NCBI RefSeq assembly: GCF_000237865.1
Contig: NC_017459.1
Coordinates: forward strand, 2,610,001-2,642,000
Source of the DNA: Haloquadratum walsbyi C23
Lineage (GTDB): Archaea > Halobacteriota > Halobacteria > Halobacteriales > Haloferacaceae
DNA: 32,000 bases
Reading direction: 5' to 3'
Within the stretch, counting starts at the first letter, position 1. Each line of letters starts with the position of its first letter. This document shows, piece after piece, positions 8,766 through 17,746 of this stretch. A program made the position numbers and the translations under genes. Under the pieces are notes generated by a model. It did no database searches, was not told the origin of the DNA, and was given only the letters and a program-made list of their open reading frames with translations.

Positions 8766-9638
8766 TTATTTGAATCGATCAAGCCCTGATTGTCTATATC
8801 GAGCGCCAAGTGGGTCATGATTCCATGGCGAACGTGCATCACGCACTTTGGCTTTATTATATTGTGGTGGCTCTGCGTGTGTATGTGCTGGGCACTCAGT
8901 ATCACAACTCTGTGCAGGATTGATTACACAGTCAAATTCTGTACAGTACGGTCGCCCATCCGGTTGTGTCTCGGCGTGTGCACATGATGGAAGGGTGTAA
9001 TTTCGCCACCCCTTGCCATATGCTCGCTCGGCAATTCGACGACGCGCACGCGTTTTCTCTTTACTGCTTACAGGATGGATTTCAGTATGGTCTGATTGAT
9101 CAGAGCCAAGCTCAATCCCAGGCGTCCCCGTTGCAAGCTCTGCTGGTTGTCTAATAATTGTGCGGTTGTCTGTGTCTGGGCTAAATTGCCAGACGCCGAC
9201 TGCGTCAGGAATCCGATTTAGATGAGCGCGCGTTACGTGTGTCTTTGTTGCAAGAATCACCGCATCAAAAAGTCCGAGTGAGATATCTACCTGCAATTGA
9301 CGAGTGAGCTCTCCTGGTCGCTTGAGATCTGGCTTGTTTTCAATCCCGATAATCCGATCAAACCATTCTGTGGGATATCTTGTTGTCTGTCTAATATGCT
9401 CATATCCGTTATGATGCTCAATAGCAAAAAAATCTGCAGCGAGAGCCTGCTCAATGACGGCTTTTGTTGTTTGTGGTGATGCATCAACCGAATCAGACCG
9501 CCGGACAGATGTTCCTACTCCAGCCGGACCTGCAATTGCTCGCTCAGGAATCCGCTCATCAGTAATCATCGAACGGGTATCAAAGCTTGAACCTGGAACA
9601 ACGCCACAGATATCAATAATGCGACGACCAGGATTCAC
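8766..9638 (-). CDS. PD-(D/E)xK nuclease-like protein with a Cys/His-rich C-terminal region. The N-terminus is unresolved.
   Basis: The 290-aa ORF starts at a GTG. A putative D...ExK core is RRIIDICGV ... RIIGIENKPDL. The C-terminus CAHAETQPDGRPYCTEFDCVINPAQSCDTECPAHTH looks like a metal-binding module. The reading frame stays open for 54 more codons upstream (to 9800) without any ATG/GTG/TTG. Confidence 0.6.
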   Translation of the reverse strand: MNPGRRIIDICGVVPGSSFDTRSMITDERIPERAIAGPAGVGTSVRRSDSVDASPQTTKAVIEQALAADFFAIEHHNGYEHIRQTTRYPTEWFDRIIGIENKPDLKRPGELTRQLQVDISLGLFDAVILATKTHVTRAHLNRIPDAVGVWQFSPDTDNRTIIRQPAELATGTPGIELGSDQSDHTEIHPVSSKEKTRARRRIAERAYGKGWRNYTLPSCAHAETQPDGRPYCTEFDCVINPAQSCDTECPAHTHAEPPQYNKAKVRDARSPWNHDPLGARYRQSGLDRFK

Positions 9639-10029
9639 AGCAGCAGCGCCAAGCTGTCGACTGAGTACCCACTCTGTCGTTGTTTCAAGATATGAACAAA
9701 GTGCAAGCTCAAATGCGAACTCCTCTTGATTCGACGCGTGTGGCAGAGATATACCTACATCACCTCGATTGATCGTAATTACTGTTCTGAATCTGATGGA
9801 TCATTTACGATAATTTCTCGTTTAATCGTGGCGATAGTATGTACATATCTGATTCAGATTTTTTGTGAATACTTGCCTCAAACTGTATTATGCTATTATC
9901 AATCATCGGGTGATCAGATTATGTGCTGATCTATATCGGTCCATATGGCTATCTGCACGTTTGTTTGTTTCTGTGTCATTATCACGTAACTGGTCAGTTA
10001 AGACCGATACTCAAAGTGAAGTAATCGAC

Positions 10030-10374
10030 TCAGAAGTGTCCCGTTTCACCACCACCATACTGTAATTCTCCGCCACGACCACCCTCAACTGTGCTATTGC
10101 CATGGTCACCGGAGCTTGGGACTTTTACCCGGACATCCTCAACATGATCAAAGTCCATTATCAGATCTGACTTAATGTTCTCAGCAGTGAGATTTGATAT
10201 CCCACAGCCTGCACATGCGCCACCGAGTTCAACAACTACTTCGCCGGTCTCAGGATCAGCCTTCCGGACAACACTTTCACCGCCATGCATCTGTATAATT
10301 GGCATTTGACCAACCATCCAATTTTCAATACGGTGACGAAGTGACTCAGTTTGTGTTTGATCGGATTCGCTCAT
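10030..10374 (-). CDS. NifU/Nfu-like Fe-S cluster scaffold domain protein
   Basis: I prefer the ATG at 10372-10374 (MSESDQTQ..). The motif [12 protein letters not shown] (CxxC) is typical of the NifU C-terminal domain. The ORF track's longer form adds a non-acidic 26-aa leader. Confidence 0.7.
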   Translation of the reverse strand: MSESDQTQTESLRHRIENWMVGQMPIIQMHGGESVVRKADPETGEVVVELGGACAGCGISNLTAENIKSDLIMDFDHVEDVRVKVPSSGDHGNSTVEGGRGGELQYGGGETGHF

Positions 10375-10540
10375 CACCGTTCCTTTGAGGGCGATGATAT
10401 GGAAACTTGCGGTTGGACCCACGTTCGGAGACCCTGTAGAAAAGTATGTCATGATTGATTACGTGCTCAAAATTGAGTTAGATATAGATCAGGGCGGCTG
10501 GGCTCTCGATTGATATTAGATTTCTGCGGACGTCAGATAC

Positions 10541-11509
10541 TCACATCTGGGACCGATCCCCGGTGCCAGCAGTTAATGCACTCGCGAGTGCGCCACGAAC
10601 AACGACTTCATCCCCAAGTGTTGTGAGCTTTATTTCTGGCACATTTGACATCACCATTTCATCCATTTGATTACGGATTGGTTGCAACACTGCAGCAGGA
10701 TTATTTAATGCAACGGCACCGCCAACATAGATAACTAATGGTGCGTATGCGTGAACAATATTTGCAACGCCCATTGCATTCCAGTGTGCGAGTCGGTCAA
10801 GCACATACGATGCGAATTCATCATCAGGTGCATATTGAAAGATATCAACCGCGGAGAGCGCTGGATCATCAATTGGAATGGCTGTCTCAATCGGATTTGT
10901 TTCATACAATTGCTTTGCATATCGAGGAATACTATTTCCCGAACAGTATGCTTCCCAGTGACCATCGTGTCCGCAACCACAGGTTAATCGACCCTGTGGG
11001 TCAACGGTCATATGTCCAATTTCGCCCGCGTTCCCGTCCCACCCCGTGAGAACACTTCCATCGACACACACCCCCGCTCCGATCCCTGATGAAATCGTGA
11101 GATATACCATGTCATCTGGATTTCGATCAGCATAGAAGCGTTCACCAATTACCCCTGCGTTTGTATCGTTATGAAGAAATACCTGTTTCGTATCGAGTAA
11201 CACTGATAATGGACCTGTAAGTGGAATCTGATCAATTGTGTCCGGAAGATTTGCAGGATTTTCAACAGCGCCGGCGGCAAGATCAAGTGGACCGATTGCA
11301 CCGATTCCAGCCGCTGAAACTGAATCAGGGGCAATAGTTGCATCGGCACACGCTTCGCGAACAACACCGAGAACTGCTTCTGTAACTGCAATACCTGTTG
11401 GTCCACCCGGCGTCGTGTCATCGCTGCGACCGTATACCGATCCGTCCTCACCGGCGACAACCGCACGGACGTTGGTCGCGCCAAGATCAACGCCCACGTA
11501 GTAGGACAT
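10541..11509 (-). CDS. ROK-family glucokinase / sugar kinase
   Basis: 322 aa. The N-terminal ATP-binding motif is VGVDLGATNVR. The ROK zinc motif is CGCGHDGHWEAYCSG. Confidence 0.85.
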   Translation of the reverse strand: MSYYVGVDLGATNVRAVVAGEDGSVYGRSDDTTPGGPTGIAVTEAVLGVVREACADATIAPDSVSAAGIGAIGPLDLAAGAVENPANLPDTIDQIPLTGPLSVLLDTKQVFLHNDTNAGVIGERFYADRNPDDMVYLTISSGIGAGVCVDGSVLTGWDGNAGEIGHMTVDPQGRLTCGCGHDGHWEAYCSGNSIPRYAKQLYETNPIETAIPIDDPALSAVDIFQYAPDDEFASYVLDRLAHWNAMGVANIVHAYAPLVIYVGGAVALNNPAAVLQPIRNQMDEMVMSNVPEIKLTTLGDEVVVRGALASALTAGTGDRSQM

Positions 11510-11784
11510 TATTTGATGTGGAGGTGTCCCATCACTTAGTTAGATGGATTCAGATTGACTGAGATACCGTTCCTTGCTGACTAATCGTATTCCTCGTGAT
11601 GGAAACTCAACCTGTTGTTTCATTAGTCTCTTTATGAGCTTAGTGATTGCTCTCTGGCTTGAATCTGGTGTCATATTATCATACATGTAATTGCGAAACT
11701 CAGTATTGTTTGACCGTATCACATATTACAATATTATGATGATAGACACAATCAGCTATTGACGCTAGTTAATTCGTTATTTGA

Positions 11785-12165
11785 TTAATAATCAGGGGCA
11801 TCGTCCTCAACAGCGCGCTTCATCGACTCACGACGAGACTTGGCGTCCCGCCCAGTTGCCTCTTTCAAAAACGTATTTTTGATATCAACAGCATCACCCG
11901 CCGCAGCAAGATCATCAGGGTCCAGTTCGCTTGGATCACATTCGACAAAATCGACAGCAATTGTATCTTTTTTATTACTGTATGAGACCCCACCAGCAAC
12001 AATTCGTTGGAAAACCGGATTATCTGGGTCATCCACGACGTAGAGGTCACTTCCATTGTATGACTCCGTGTCAGTAATCGACCCAAAGTATGACTCGATG
12101 GTTGTTTTCATCTCTGGGATGCGATCAGCAAGCGTTTCCCCTCGACGCATCTTGTACTCCTTCAT
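11785..12165 (-). CDS. Conserved hypothetical acidic protein (126 aa)
   Basis: ATG-initiated ORF with typical halophile acidic composition and no antisense competitor of better quality. I recognise no motif. Confidence 0.55.
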   Translation of the reverse strand: MKEYKMRRGETLADRIPEMKTTIESYFGSITDTESYNGSDLYVVDDPDNPVFQRIVAGGVSYSNKKDTIAVDFVECDPSELDPDDLAAAGDAVDIKNTFLKEATGRDAKSRRESMKRAVEDDAPDY

Positions 12166-12456
12166 AGGTCGGGATTTGACAGGAGACGGTTTACTTGTTT
12201 CGTCATTACATCAAGAACATATACACAGAGAATCCAGAGTCCGAGTGTCGCCACTGAGGTGATCTCATATTGCCATGTGCCAGTGGGAATGTTGAGTTGA
12301 CCTATGTATGTATGCTGAGAAAATATTCTCATCTGTGAACGAGCGCCAACCTATGACGCTGTCCATATGAAGATATATATAATCGGTTAAAAAGTGCATA
12401 ATTCGCAGTTTTCATTTGGAAGTGAGAAAACCTGCGGTTGAAGCTCTGTGAATCGA

Positions 12457-13473
12457 TTAACGCTTTCTCTCATGAATGTATCCACTTCGACATTCTGGGC
12501 AAATATCACCAGCACGCATTGATGAAATATCTGCTGGATGAGAATGATCACAATGTGGACAGTATAATTCGACATGAGAATCCGGAACCGTTGATCTTGG
12601 TCTGTCTACTTCTGACGCACGAGTAAATGACTGCGTCTCGCTCTCATTGTGCGTCTGCCCATCTGTTTCATCACGCGCGTTTACTTTCTCATTGACAGGT
12701 GCTGATGTCTCGTTGTTGCTCGCTCGCTTCTCAATTCGTGGCGTCAGTCCTTCACCACTGAACTCAATTGACACACTATCGGTGTCTGGTTGTGCAGTAT
12801 ACCCTCTATCTTCGCCTGCTGGATCTGGCCATGACGTCGAAGATATCGGGCTCGCTCCATCGACAGCATCGCGTCCACTTGTAGGCCATTCTTTTCGCGC
12901 ACGGGTTGATGAGATATTTTTGTCTCTTTCTGCGTTAGACATTGTTGACGGGGTTCTAGTTACATCGGTATCAGCATCAATATCTGTATCAGTATCAGTA
13001 TCAGTATCAGAAGTAGACGTGAGAATTTCTGCACCGGTGTCATCGCGTTGCTCTTGTGCGGATTCGTTTTGTTGTTCAACTGCTATTGATTCTTTTGAAT
13101 CTGCAGGCCATTGCGTTTTATCCCTATCTGTTGATTCATTATCAAGTATAACAGCATCACTGACAGACGAATCGTCCTGGGTTGTCTCCGTTGAGTCATC
13201 AGCACGGATGTGCTTGTGATCTGGAGCACTTTCCCATCCATCCGAAGATGTACTAGTCTTAGTATCCTCAGAATTTTCAGTTGCTTCGGCAGTCTCAGTC
13301 GGTCGAATAGACGTAACTTCTTTATTCTGGCTGATGACTTGTTCAATATTGCATCTTTTACACGTTTTTAGCTTCTTCACCGTGGCAACAACCTCGTTGC
13401 CGCGTTCCTCGCGGGTATGCTCAATCTCGGAGTCGCCGAAGGCGTGACCAAGGAACCGACATGTAAGTCCCAT
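12457..13473 (-). CDS. Zinc-ribbon protein with a long acidic low-complexity linker
   Basis: I prefer the ATG at 13471-13473 (MGLTCRFLGHAFG..). The track ORF begins at a TTG nine codons upstream. The N-terminal Cys/His cluster is C..GH...CKRC and the C-terminal ribbon is CPHC..(17)..CPEC. The middle is S/T/D/E-rich and includes TDTDTDTDIDADTD. Confidence 0.65.
   Translation of the reverse strand: MGLTCRFLGHAFGDSEIEHTREERGNEVVATVKKLKTCKRCNIEQVISQNKEVTSIRPTETAEATENSEDTKTSTSSDGWESAPDHKHIRADDSTETTQDDSSVSDAVILDNESTDRDKTQWPADSKESIAVEQQNESAQEQRDDTGAEILTSTSDTDTDTDTDIDADTDVTRTPSTMSNAERDKNISSTRARKEWPTSGRDAVDGASPISSTSWPDPAGEDRGYTAQPDTDSVSIEFSGEGLTPRIEKRASNNETSAPVNEKVNARDETDGQTHNESETQSFTRASEVDRPRSTVPDSHVELYCPHCDHSHPADISSMRAGDICPECRSGYIHERKR
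12968..13010. repeat. Hexanucleotide microsatellite (GTATCA)n inside a CDS, encoding (TD)n on the minus strand
   Basis: Four perfect GTATCA units lie at 12986-13009, preceded by imperfect units from 12968. Confidence 0.8.
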
Positions 13474-13677
13474 TAGTCGCCGTTCTGACGCTGGGCGCAA
13501 AAAATCTATGCCTCTGTCTGACAGGTGGCAGACGGTATATTATGATAGATCTCATTATAGGATATAATATTTTCTGTGCATTCGCACGGTATATAATAAC
13601 ATTAGCATTTATTTCAATCGAAATAATGTGCGCGGAGCCTCGAAACGTGTAAAACCAATGCGACTGAATACGTGTAT

Positions 13678-13977
13678 ATGAGAGCGCGGCGCGAGTTTAG
13701 AGACCGTCCAGATGTCGAAGTAGCTGTTCTCGATGCACTCGCTGACCGTGCTGATGAAGGGATGACTGTTTTTGAAATCCGCGCAGCTGTCGAAGCTGAT
13801 ATTGACACGATTGAAGATGCGCTCGCAGCACTCAAATCAGATGATCTCATTCGCGTCGAGAATGGAGATGATCGCGTCGTGATACGTGTTGCAGATCGCG
13901 TTATTCCTGATCCAGACGCAGAAACCAACACTAATAGAAGCTTTGTCGATACACTTCGCGAGAGATTTGGATTGTGA
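13678..13977 (+). CDS. Small winged-helix-like putative DNA-binding protein
   Basis: ATG at 13678; the track ORF starts two codons earlier at a GTG. The pattern ..VEVAVLDALADRADEGMTVFEIRAAVEADIDTIEDALAALKSDDLIRVENG.. resembles MarR/PadR-type wHTH domains. The gene is divergent from the zinc-ribbon gene. Confidence 0.55.
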   Translation: MRARREFRDRPDVEVAVLDALADRADEGMTVFEIRAAVEADIDTIEDALAALKSDDLIRVENGDDRVVIRVADRVIPDPDAETNTNRSFVDTLRERFGL

Positions 13978-14118
13978 CTCTCGCTTAGACCGGATTCGAT
14001 AATCAGCCGACTACACCAATTTCACTTTTTTACTTGTATTTGTCCGACATAGCAGATTGAGCATGATGATAGGCATAGACGAGGGAATGTTTTCTATGTT
14101 CAGAATAGATATATAATT

Positions 14119-15240
14119 ATGACAGTTGCGACAGAGATACACGACGACCACGGTGCGACTTTTGAGGAGCGCGGGGGGCGCCAAGTCGTTCGCGATTATG
14201 GACGACCCGACCGAACAGCACTTGCGGTTCGAAAAGGTGCTGGGGTAATTGAGCGAGGATATGGCGTCATTACCGTTGAAGGAGATGACCGAATCGAATT
14301 TGTTGATGACACACTTTCAAATCAAGTACCAACAATTGATGGACAGGGTGTATATGCACTCTTACTCGACCCAAACGGGCGAATTAAAACCGATATTTAT
14401 GTGTATAATGCTAATAAGCGACTCCTCTGTCTCACACCACCAGATGTCGCAGCGGATCTTGCTGAGCAATGGGCTGATCGAGTCTTTATTAAAGATGTTC
14501 GGGTGAACGTCGCCTCTGAAGAGTTCGCTGTTTTCGGTGTGCATGGTCCACAGTCAACTGAAAAGGTTGCAAGTGTGCTCAATGGCGCTGGGGCTCCCGA
14601 GCCATCACTGACCTTTGTACGTGGATCAATGGGCGATGAGGGTGTCACAGTCATCGCTGGTGACAACCCTCTTGGCGAGGAAAATTATCAGGTCGTTTGC
14701 AGTGCTGATGTTGCTGATCGTATCCTCGAAACATTATTGACATATGGATTAAATGGTGTTCCATTCGGGTATCAGGTATGGAATACGCTTGCTGTTGAGG
14801 CCGGAACACCACGCTTCAATACAGAGCTTGCTGATCAGATTCCAAATGTCCTCGGGATTCGGAATGCGCTCGATTTTGAAAAAGGGTGCTATATTGGACA
14901 GGAGATTGTCTCAAAAGTTGAGAACCGTGGACAACCAAGCAAGCGACTTGTTGGTCTCCGATTGAATCAGATGGCTGAGGTAGATTCGACAGTCACCGCC
15001 GACGGGGACGCGGTTGGGACGATTACAAGTGTCGTCGAAAGTCCATCGATTGAAACACCGATTGCGCTTGCACTTATTAACTTCAACACAACACTCACCG
15101 ATGAAGGTGACATAACCATTACAGCAAATGATAGCCATCCTATCGAAGCGACTCCAACAACACTTCCTTTTGTTGAGGGGAGTGCAACTTCTGCTCGGAT
15201 TCCAACATATCCTGAGCCAAGTGCCGAAACAAACATGTAA
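14119..15240 (+). CDS. Folate-binding aminomethyltransferase-family protein (YgfZ/GcvT-like)
   Basis: 373 aa. The GcvT-like N-terminal part reads ..GVITVEGDDRIEFVDDTLSNQV... The YgfZ-type motif EKGCYIGQEIVSKVENRG is present. Confidence 0.8.
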   Translation: MTVATEIHDDHGATFEERGGRQVVRDYGRPDRTALAVRKGAGVIERGYGVITVEGDDRIEFVDDTLSNQVPTIDGQGVYALLLDPNGRIKTDIYVYNANKRLLCLTPPDVAADLAEQWADRVFIKDVRVNVASEEFAVFGVHGPQSTEKVASVLNGAGAPEPSLTFVRGSMGDEGVTVIAGDNPLGEENYQVVCSADVADRILETLLTYGLNGVPFGYQVWNTLAVEAGTPRFNTELADQIPNVLGIRNALDFEKGCYIGQEIVSKVENRGQPSKRLVGLRLNQMAEVDSTVTADGDAVGTITSVVESPSIETPIALALINFNTTLTDEGDITITANDSHPIEATPTTLPFVEGSATSARIPTYPEPSAETNM

Positions 15241-15482
15241 TCAACATACTGACTGCCAATTAGCAATCATACAGATTTGCGGAGAACCCCTACGACTTTA
15301 CTCCTTCACAGAAATCTGTGAGTTCTGGTCTGCAGACGAGAACAACAGTCTCGGTAACACGCAGGATAATTCGACAACTCTAATTCAATCGACGCTGCCA
15401 AAGCTACTCTGAGATTCTATGATCCGTCACTTAAACGCACAGGCAATCCTGGTTATACGTAGGACCCAGACTAGGAACAGAG

Positions 15483-15866
15483 TGATTCGTATTAGTCCGA
15501 CGATGGCGACCTGCTCGCCCCAAGCAATGAGATAATAATCGGACCCAGTCAGGTGAATGGTCGGTTCCGATACTGAATCGATGCTGTGTCTGACTGCTGT
15601 AAACATCAAAAAGTAATTCCAACTCCGCTGAAGTCTGCCAGACTCACTGCGACACAAACAACTCCGGGAGTCTAAAGATGACTGAGGATAGGAGCACCGG
15701 GGGCTGAGATGTGGCATTCCCAGCAGTCCAACCCTACTCGCCATGGTCCGTGAACCCCGGACGGATTTTCACCGTGTTGCGATTCGGTGGGACTGCATAC
15801 TTGAAATCTCCACCACTCACGTTCAGGATTCCTCCGCGTTCACGCCAAGGAGGATACCGATGTCAA
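15483..15866 (+). mobile_element. Non-autonomous IS200/IS605-derived module: left-end-like piece, decayed tnpB 3' end and right-end hairpin
   Basis: 15510-15527 CCTGCTCGCCCCAAGCAA matches the left end CCTGCTCGGCAAGCAA at 25115-25130. 15682-15718 is about 80% identical to 27823-27859. 15779-15803 GCGATTCGGTGGGACTGCATACTTG matches GCGATTCG..GTGGAGACTGCACTTCCTG at 26002-26037. The terminal hairpin is TCCTCC(15830-35)/GGAGGA(15849-54), followed by GATGTCAA ending at 15866. Confidence 0.6.
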
Positions 15867-15970
15867 TCCATCTTAGTGCTAACTCAGATGATTAGCCAGC
15901 ATATCTCAGTGAAATGTAACAAGCTGTCACGGCGAATATCATAGGGGTTATCCTGGGGTCCAATATGATT

Positions 15971-17053
15971 TTATCGACCGACAAGTGCCCAGAGCTGATC
16001 CCGTGAAAACAGTGATGTCGGTCTATCCATGTGCACAGCAATCTCACCAGAGAGCGCGCGAAGACCGGCTCGCTGAACCGTAGGTGGAAGTGAATATGCT
16101 CGCCGGATCAAATGTCCGAGTTCGATCTCATTCGCTAATTCTTCTCGCCAGGCTCTATCATAATCGCGGAGTGTTGCCGGGTCGTCTGGGTCAATCGTTG
16201 CAACAGCAGCGTCTGCTGCCGTCATTCCATATAGAATTCCACCACCAGTGAATGGCTTTGTCTGTGCTGCGGCGTCACCAATCAAAAATACACGGCGAGT
16301 GTGAACCCGACTTGGTGGTCCAATCGGGATTGCTCCTGAACAAAATTGCTCTGTTTCAACATCATACGCGTCTGTCAATCGATCAAAAAGGGCTGATACC
16401 GACTCATTTGGTGGTGCTGCAAGTCCATATTCGACGCCCGCTTCACCTCGAGGAATCCGCCATGCAAAGAACTCTGGGGCAGTCAGATGAACGTCGACAA
16501 AGTCCGCAGTATCAGGTGTCGAATCAAACGCAAGGACACCATGCAGTAGTTCGTCTGGTTCAGGAAGCCCTGCTTGTCGACGAACACGCGAGACAGGACC
16601 ATCACATCCAGCAACCATCCGTGCACGGAATGTCTCTTTATCCCCACTGTGAGAGACGGTGAGAGTGACTCTATCGTGTCTCTCGTCGATATTTGTCACG
16701 GTATGCTCTTCTCGAATATCGGCTCCACAGCTTCTTGCTGCTGTGGCAAGTGTTCGATCAAGATCAACCCGATCGATAACATTTGATACTGCCTCACGTT
16801 TATAGAACGGGTGTGGGTCAGTCTGCGGACCCCCAACGTGAAATCGAGCCCCGTGGATCGTATTCTGTCTGAGGTCCGTAACCGCCCCATCCGGCACATA
16901 CTCCCAAATATCTGTACTTACGTGTCCAGAACAGGCAAGTGGTGTTCCAATTGTCCCTTTCTCGAATGCGATGACGTCATAACCCGTAGCAGCAGCCTCA
17001 CGAGCGAAGCGGGCTCCGGCTGGACCAACACCCACTACCGCAAAGTCATACAT
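15971..17053 (-). CDS. FAD-dependent oxidoreductase of the geranylgeranyl reductase family
   Basis: 360 aa. The N-terminal dinucleotide-binding motif is YDFAVVGVGPAGARFAREAA. A ..FLIGDAAAQTKPFTGGGI.. motif typical of GGR-type flavoproteins is present. Confidence 0.8.
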   Translation of the reverse strand: MYDFAVVGVGPAGARFAREAAATGYDVIAFEKGTIGTPLACSGHVSTDIWEYVPDGAVTDLRQNTIHGARFHVGGPQTDPHPFYKREAVSNVIDRVDLDRTLATAARSCGADIREEHTVTNIDERHDRVTLTVSHSGDKETFRARMVAGCDGPVSRVRRQAGLPEPDELLHGVLAFDSTPDTADFVDVHLTAPEFFAWRIPRGEAGVEYGLAAPPNESVSALFDRLTDAYDVETEQFCSGAIPIGPPSRVHTRRVFLIGDAAAQTKPFTGGGILYGMTAADAAVATIDPDDPATLRDYDRAWREELANEIELGHLIRRAYSLPPTVQRAGLRALSGEIAVHMDRPTSLFSRDQLWALVGR

Positions 17054-17121
17054 AGTATCGAATTACCGGCTTCAGCATAATATATTACTCGTTACTGAAT
17101 ACAAGCTATTATTAGCTAATC

Positions 17122-17622
17122 TCAAAATAATGACTCGCTCTCTCCGTACGCAGCAATAACAACAACAGTTGTGTACTCGCCAGCATCTGGGTTTCTTTCT
17201 GCTGTTTCAGTTATCACACGACGATCAGTGAACGACCAATCACGGAGTGTTGCACCACTCGAAAGACCATCGTCGATTGTTTGACGGACGCTTTCAGGAT
17301 CTGTCCCAGTCGCTTCATAAAAAAGACCAGGACCAGCGCCAGTTGTCCAGCCAAGTCCTGCAGCAACTTGTCCGGTCTCAGCAGTTGTCATACGTGCTTC
17401 AACAACAGTTAATTGGCTTCCAACTGGACCAAGATCTGGAGCAGTTTCAACGACTTCAACAATCGCCTCGGCTGGAATAACAGAAGAAACAGTCGTTAGA
17501 TTATAATTGTGAATATTTGCTGCAGCGAGTGCAGCGTCATATGACGCCATTGCTGTCGACGCATGTCCAGCGCCACGAATAATAAAAATTGTCTTCACAT
17601 ATTCATATCGATGACACGTCAT
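17122..17622 (-). CDS. pdaD: Pyruvoyl-dependent arginine decarboxylase
   Basis: 166 aa. The self-processing site context is NYNLTTVSSVIPAEA. An alternative GTG start at 17596-17598 (VKTIFIIRGAG..) is possible. Confidence 0.8.
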   Translation of the reverse strand: MTCHRYEYVKTIFIIRGAGHASTAMASYDAALAAANIHNYNLTTVSSVIPAEAIVEVVETAPDLGPVGSQLTVVEARMTTAETGQVAAGLGWTTGAGPGLFYEATGTDPESVRQTIDDGLSSGATLRDWSFTDRRVITETAERNPDAGEYTTVVVIAAYGESESLF

Positions 17623-17746
17623 ATAATGGATTACGATTCTCGTGACGTTTCCCGAGAATAAGCAAGAAAAAGATTCGAGATTTCCTGAGAAGGATTCAGC
17701 ATATAATCGAAATTAAGAGTCCGCGCGGAATTTGATCTCAGTTGGG

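Noticed and set aside
11540-11722. A 60-aa basic ORF between the glucokinase gene and the 126-aa acidic protein gene.
   Set aside because: It sits at the minimal length, has AT-rich codons and lysine/arginine-rich composition atypical for this proteome, and shows no motif. I cannot support it as a gene.
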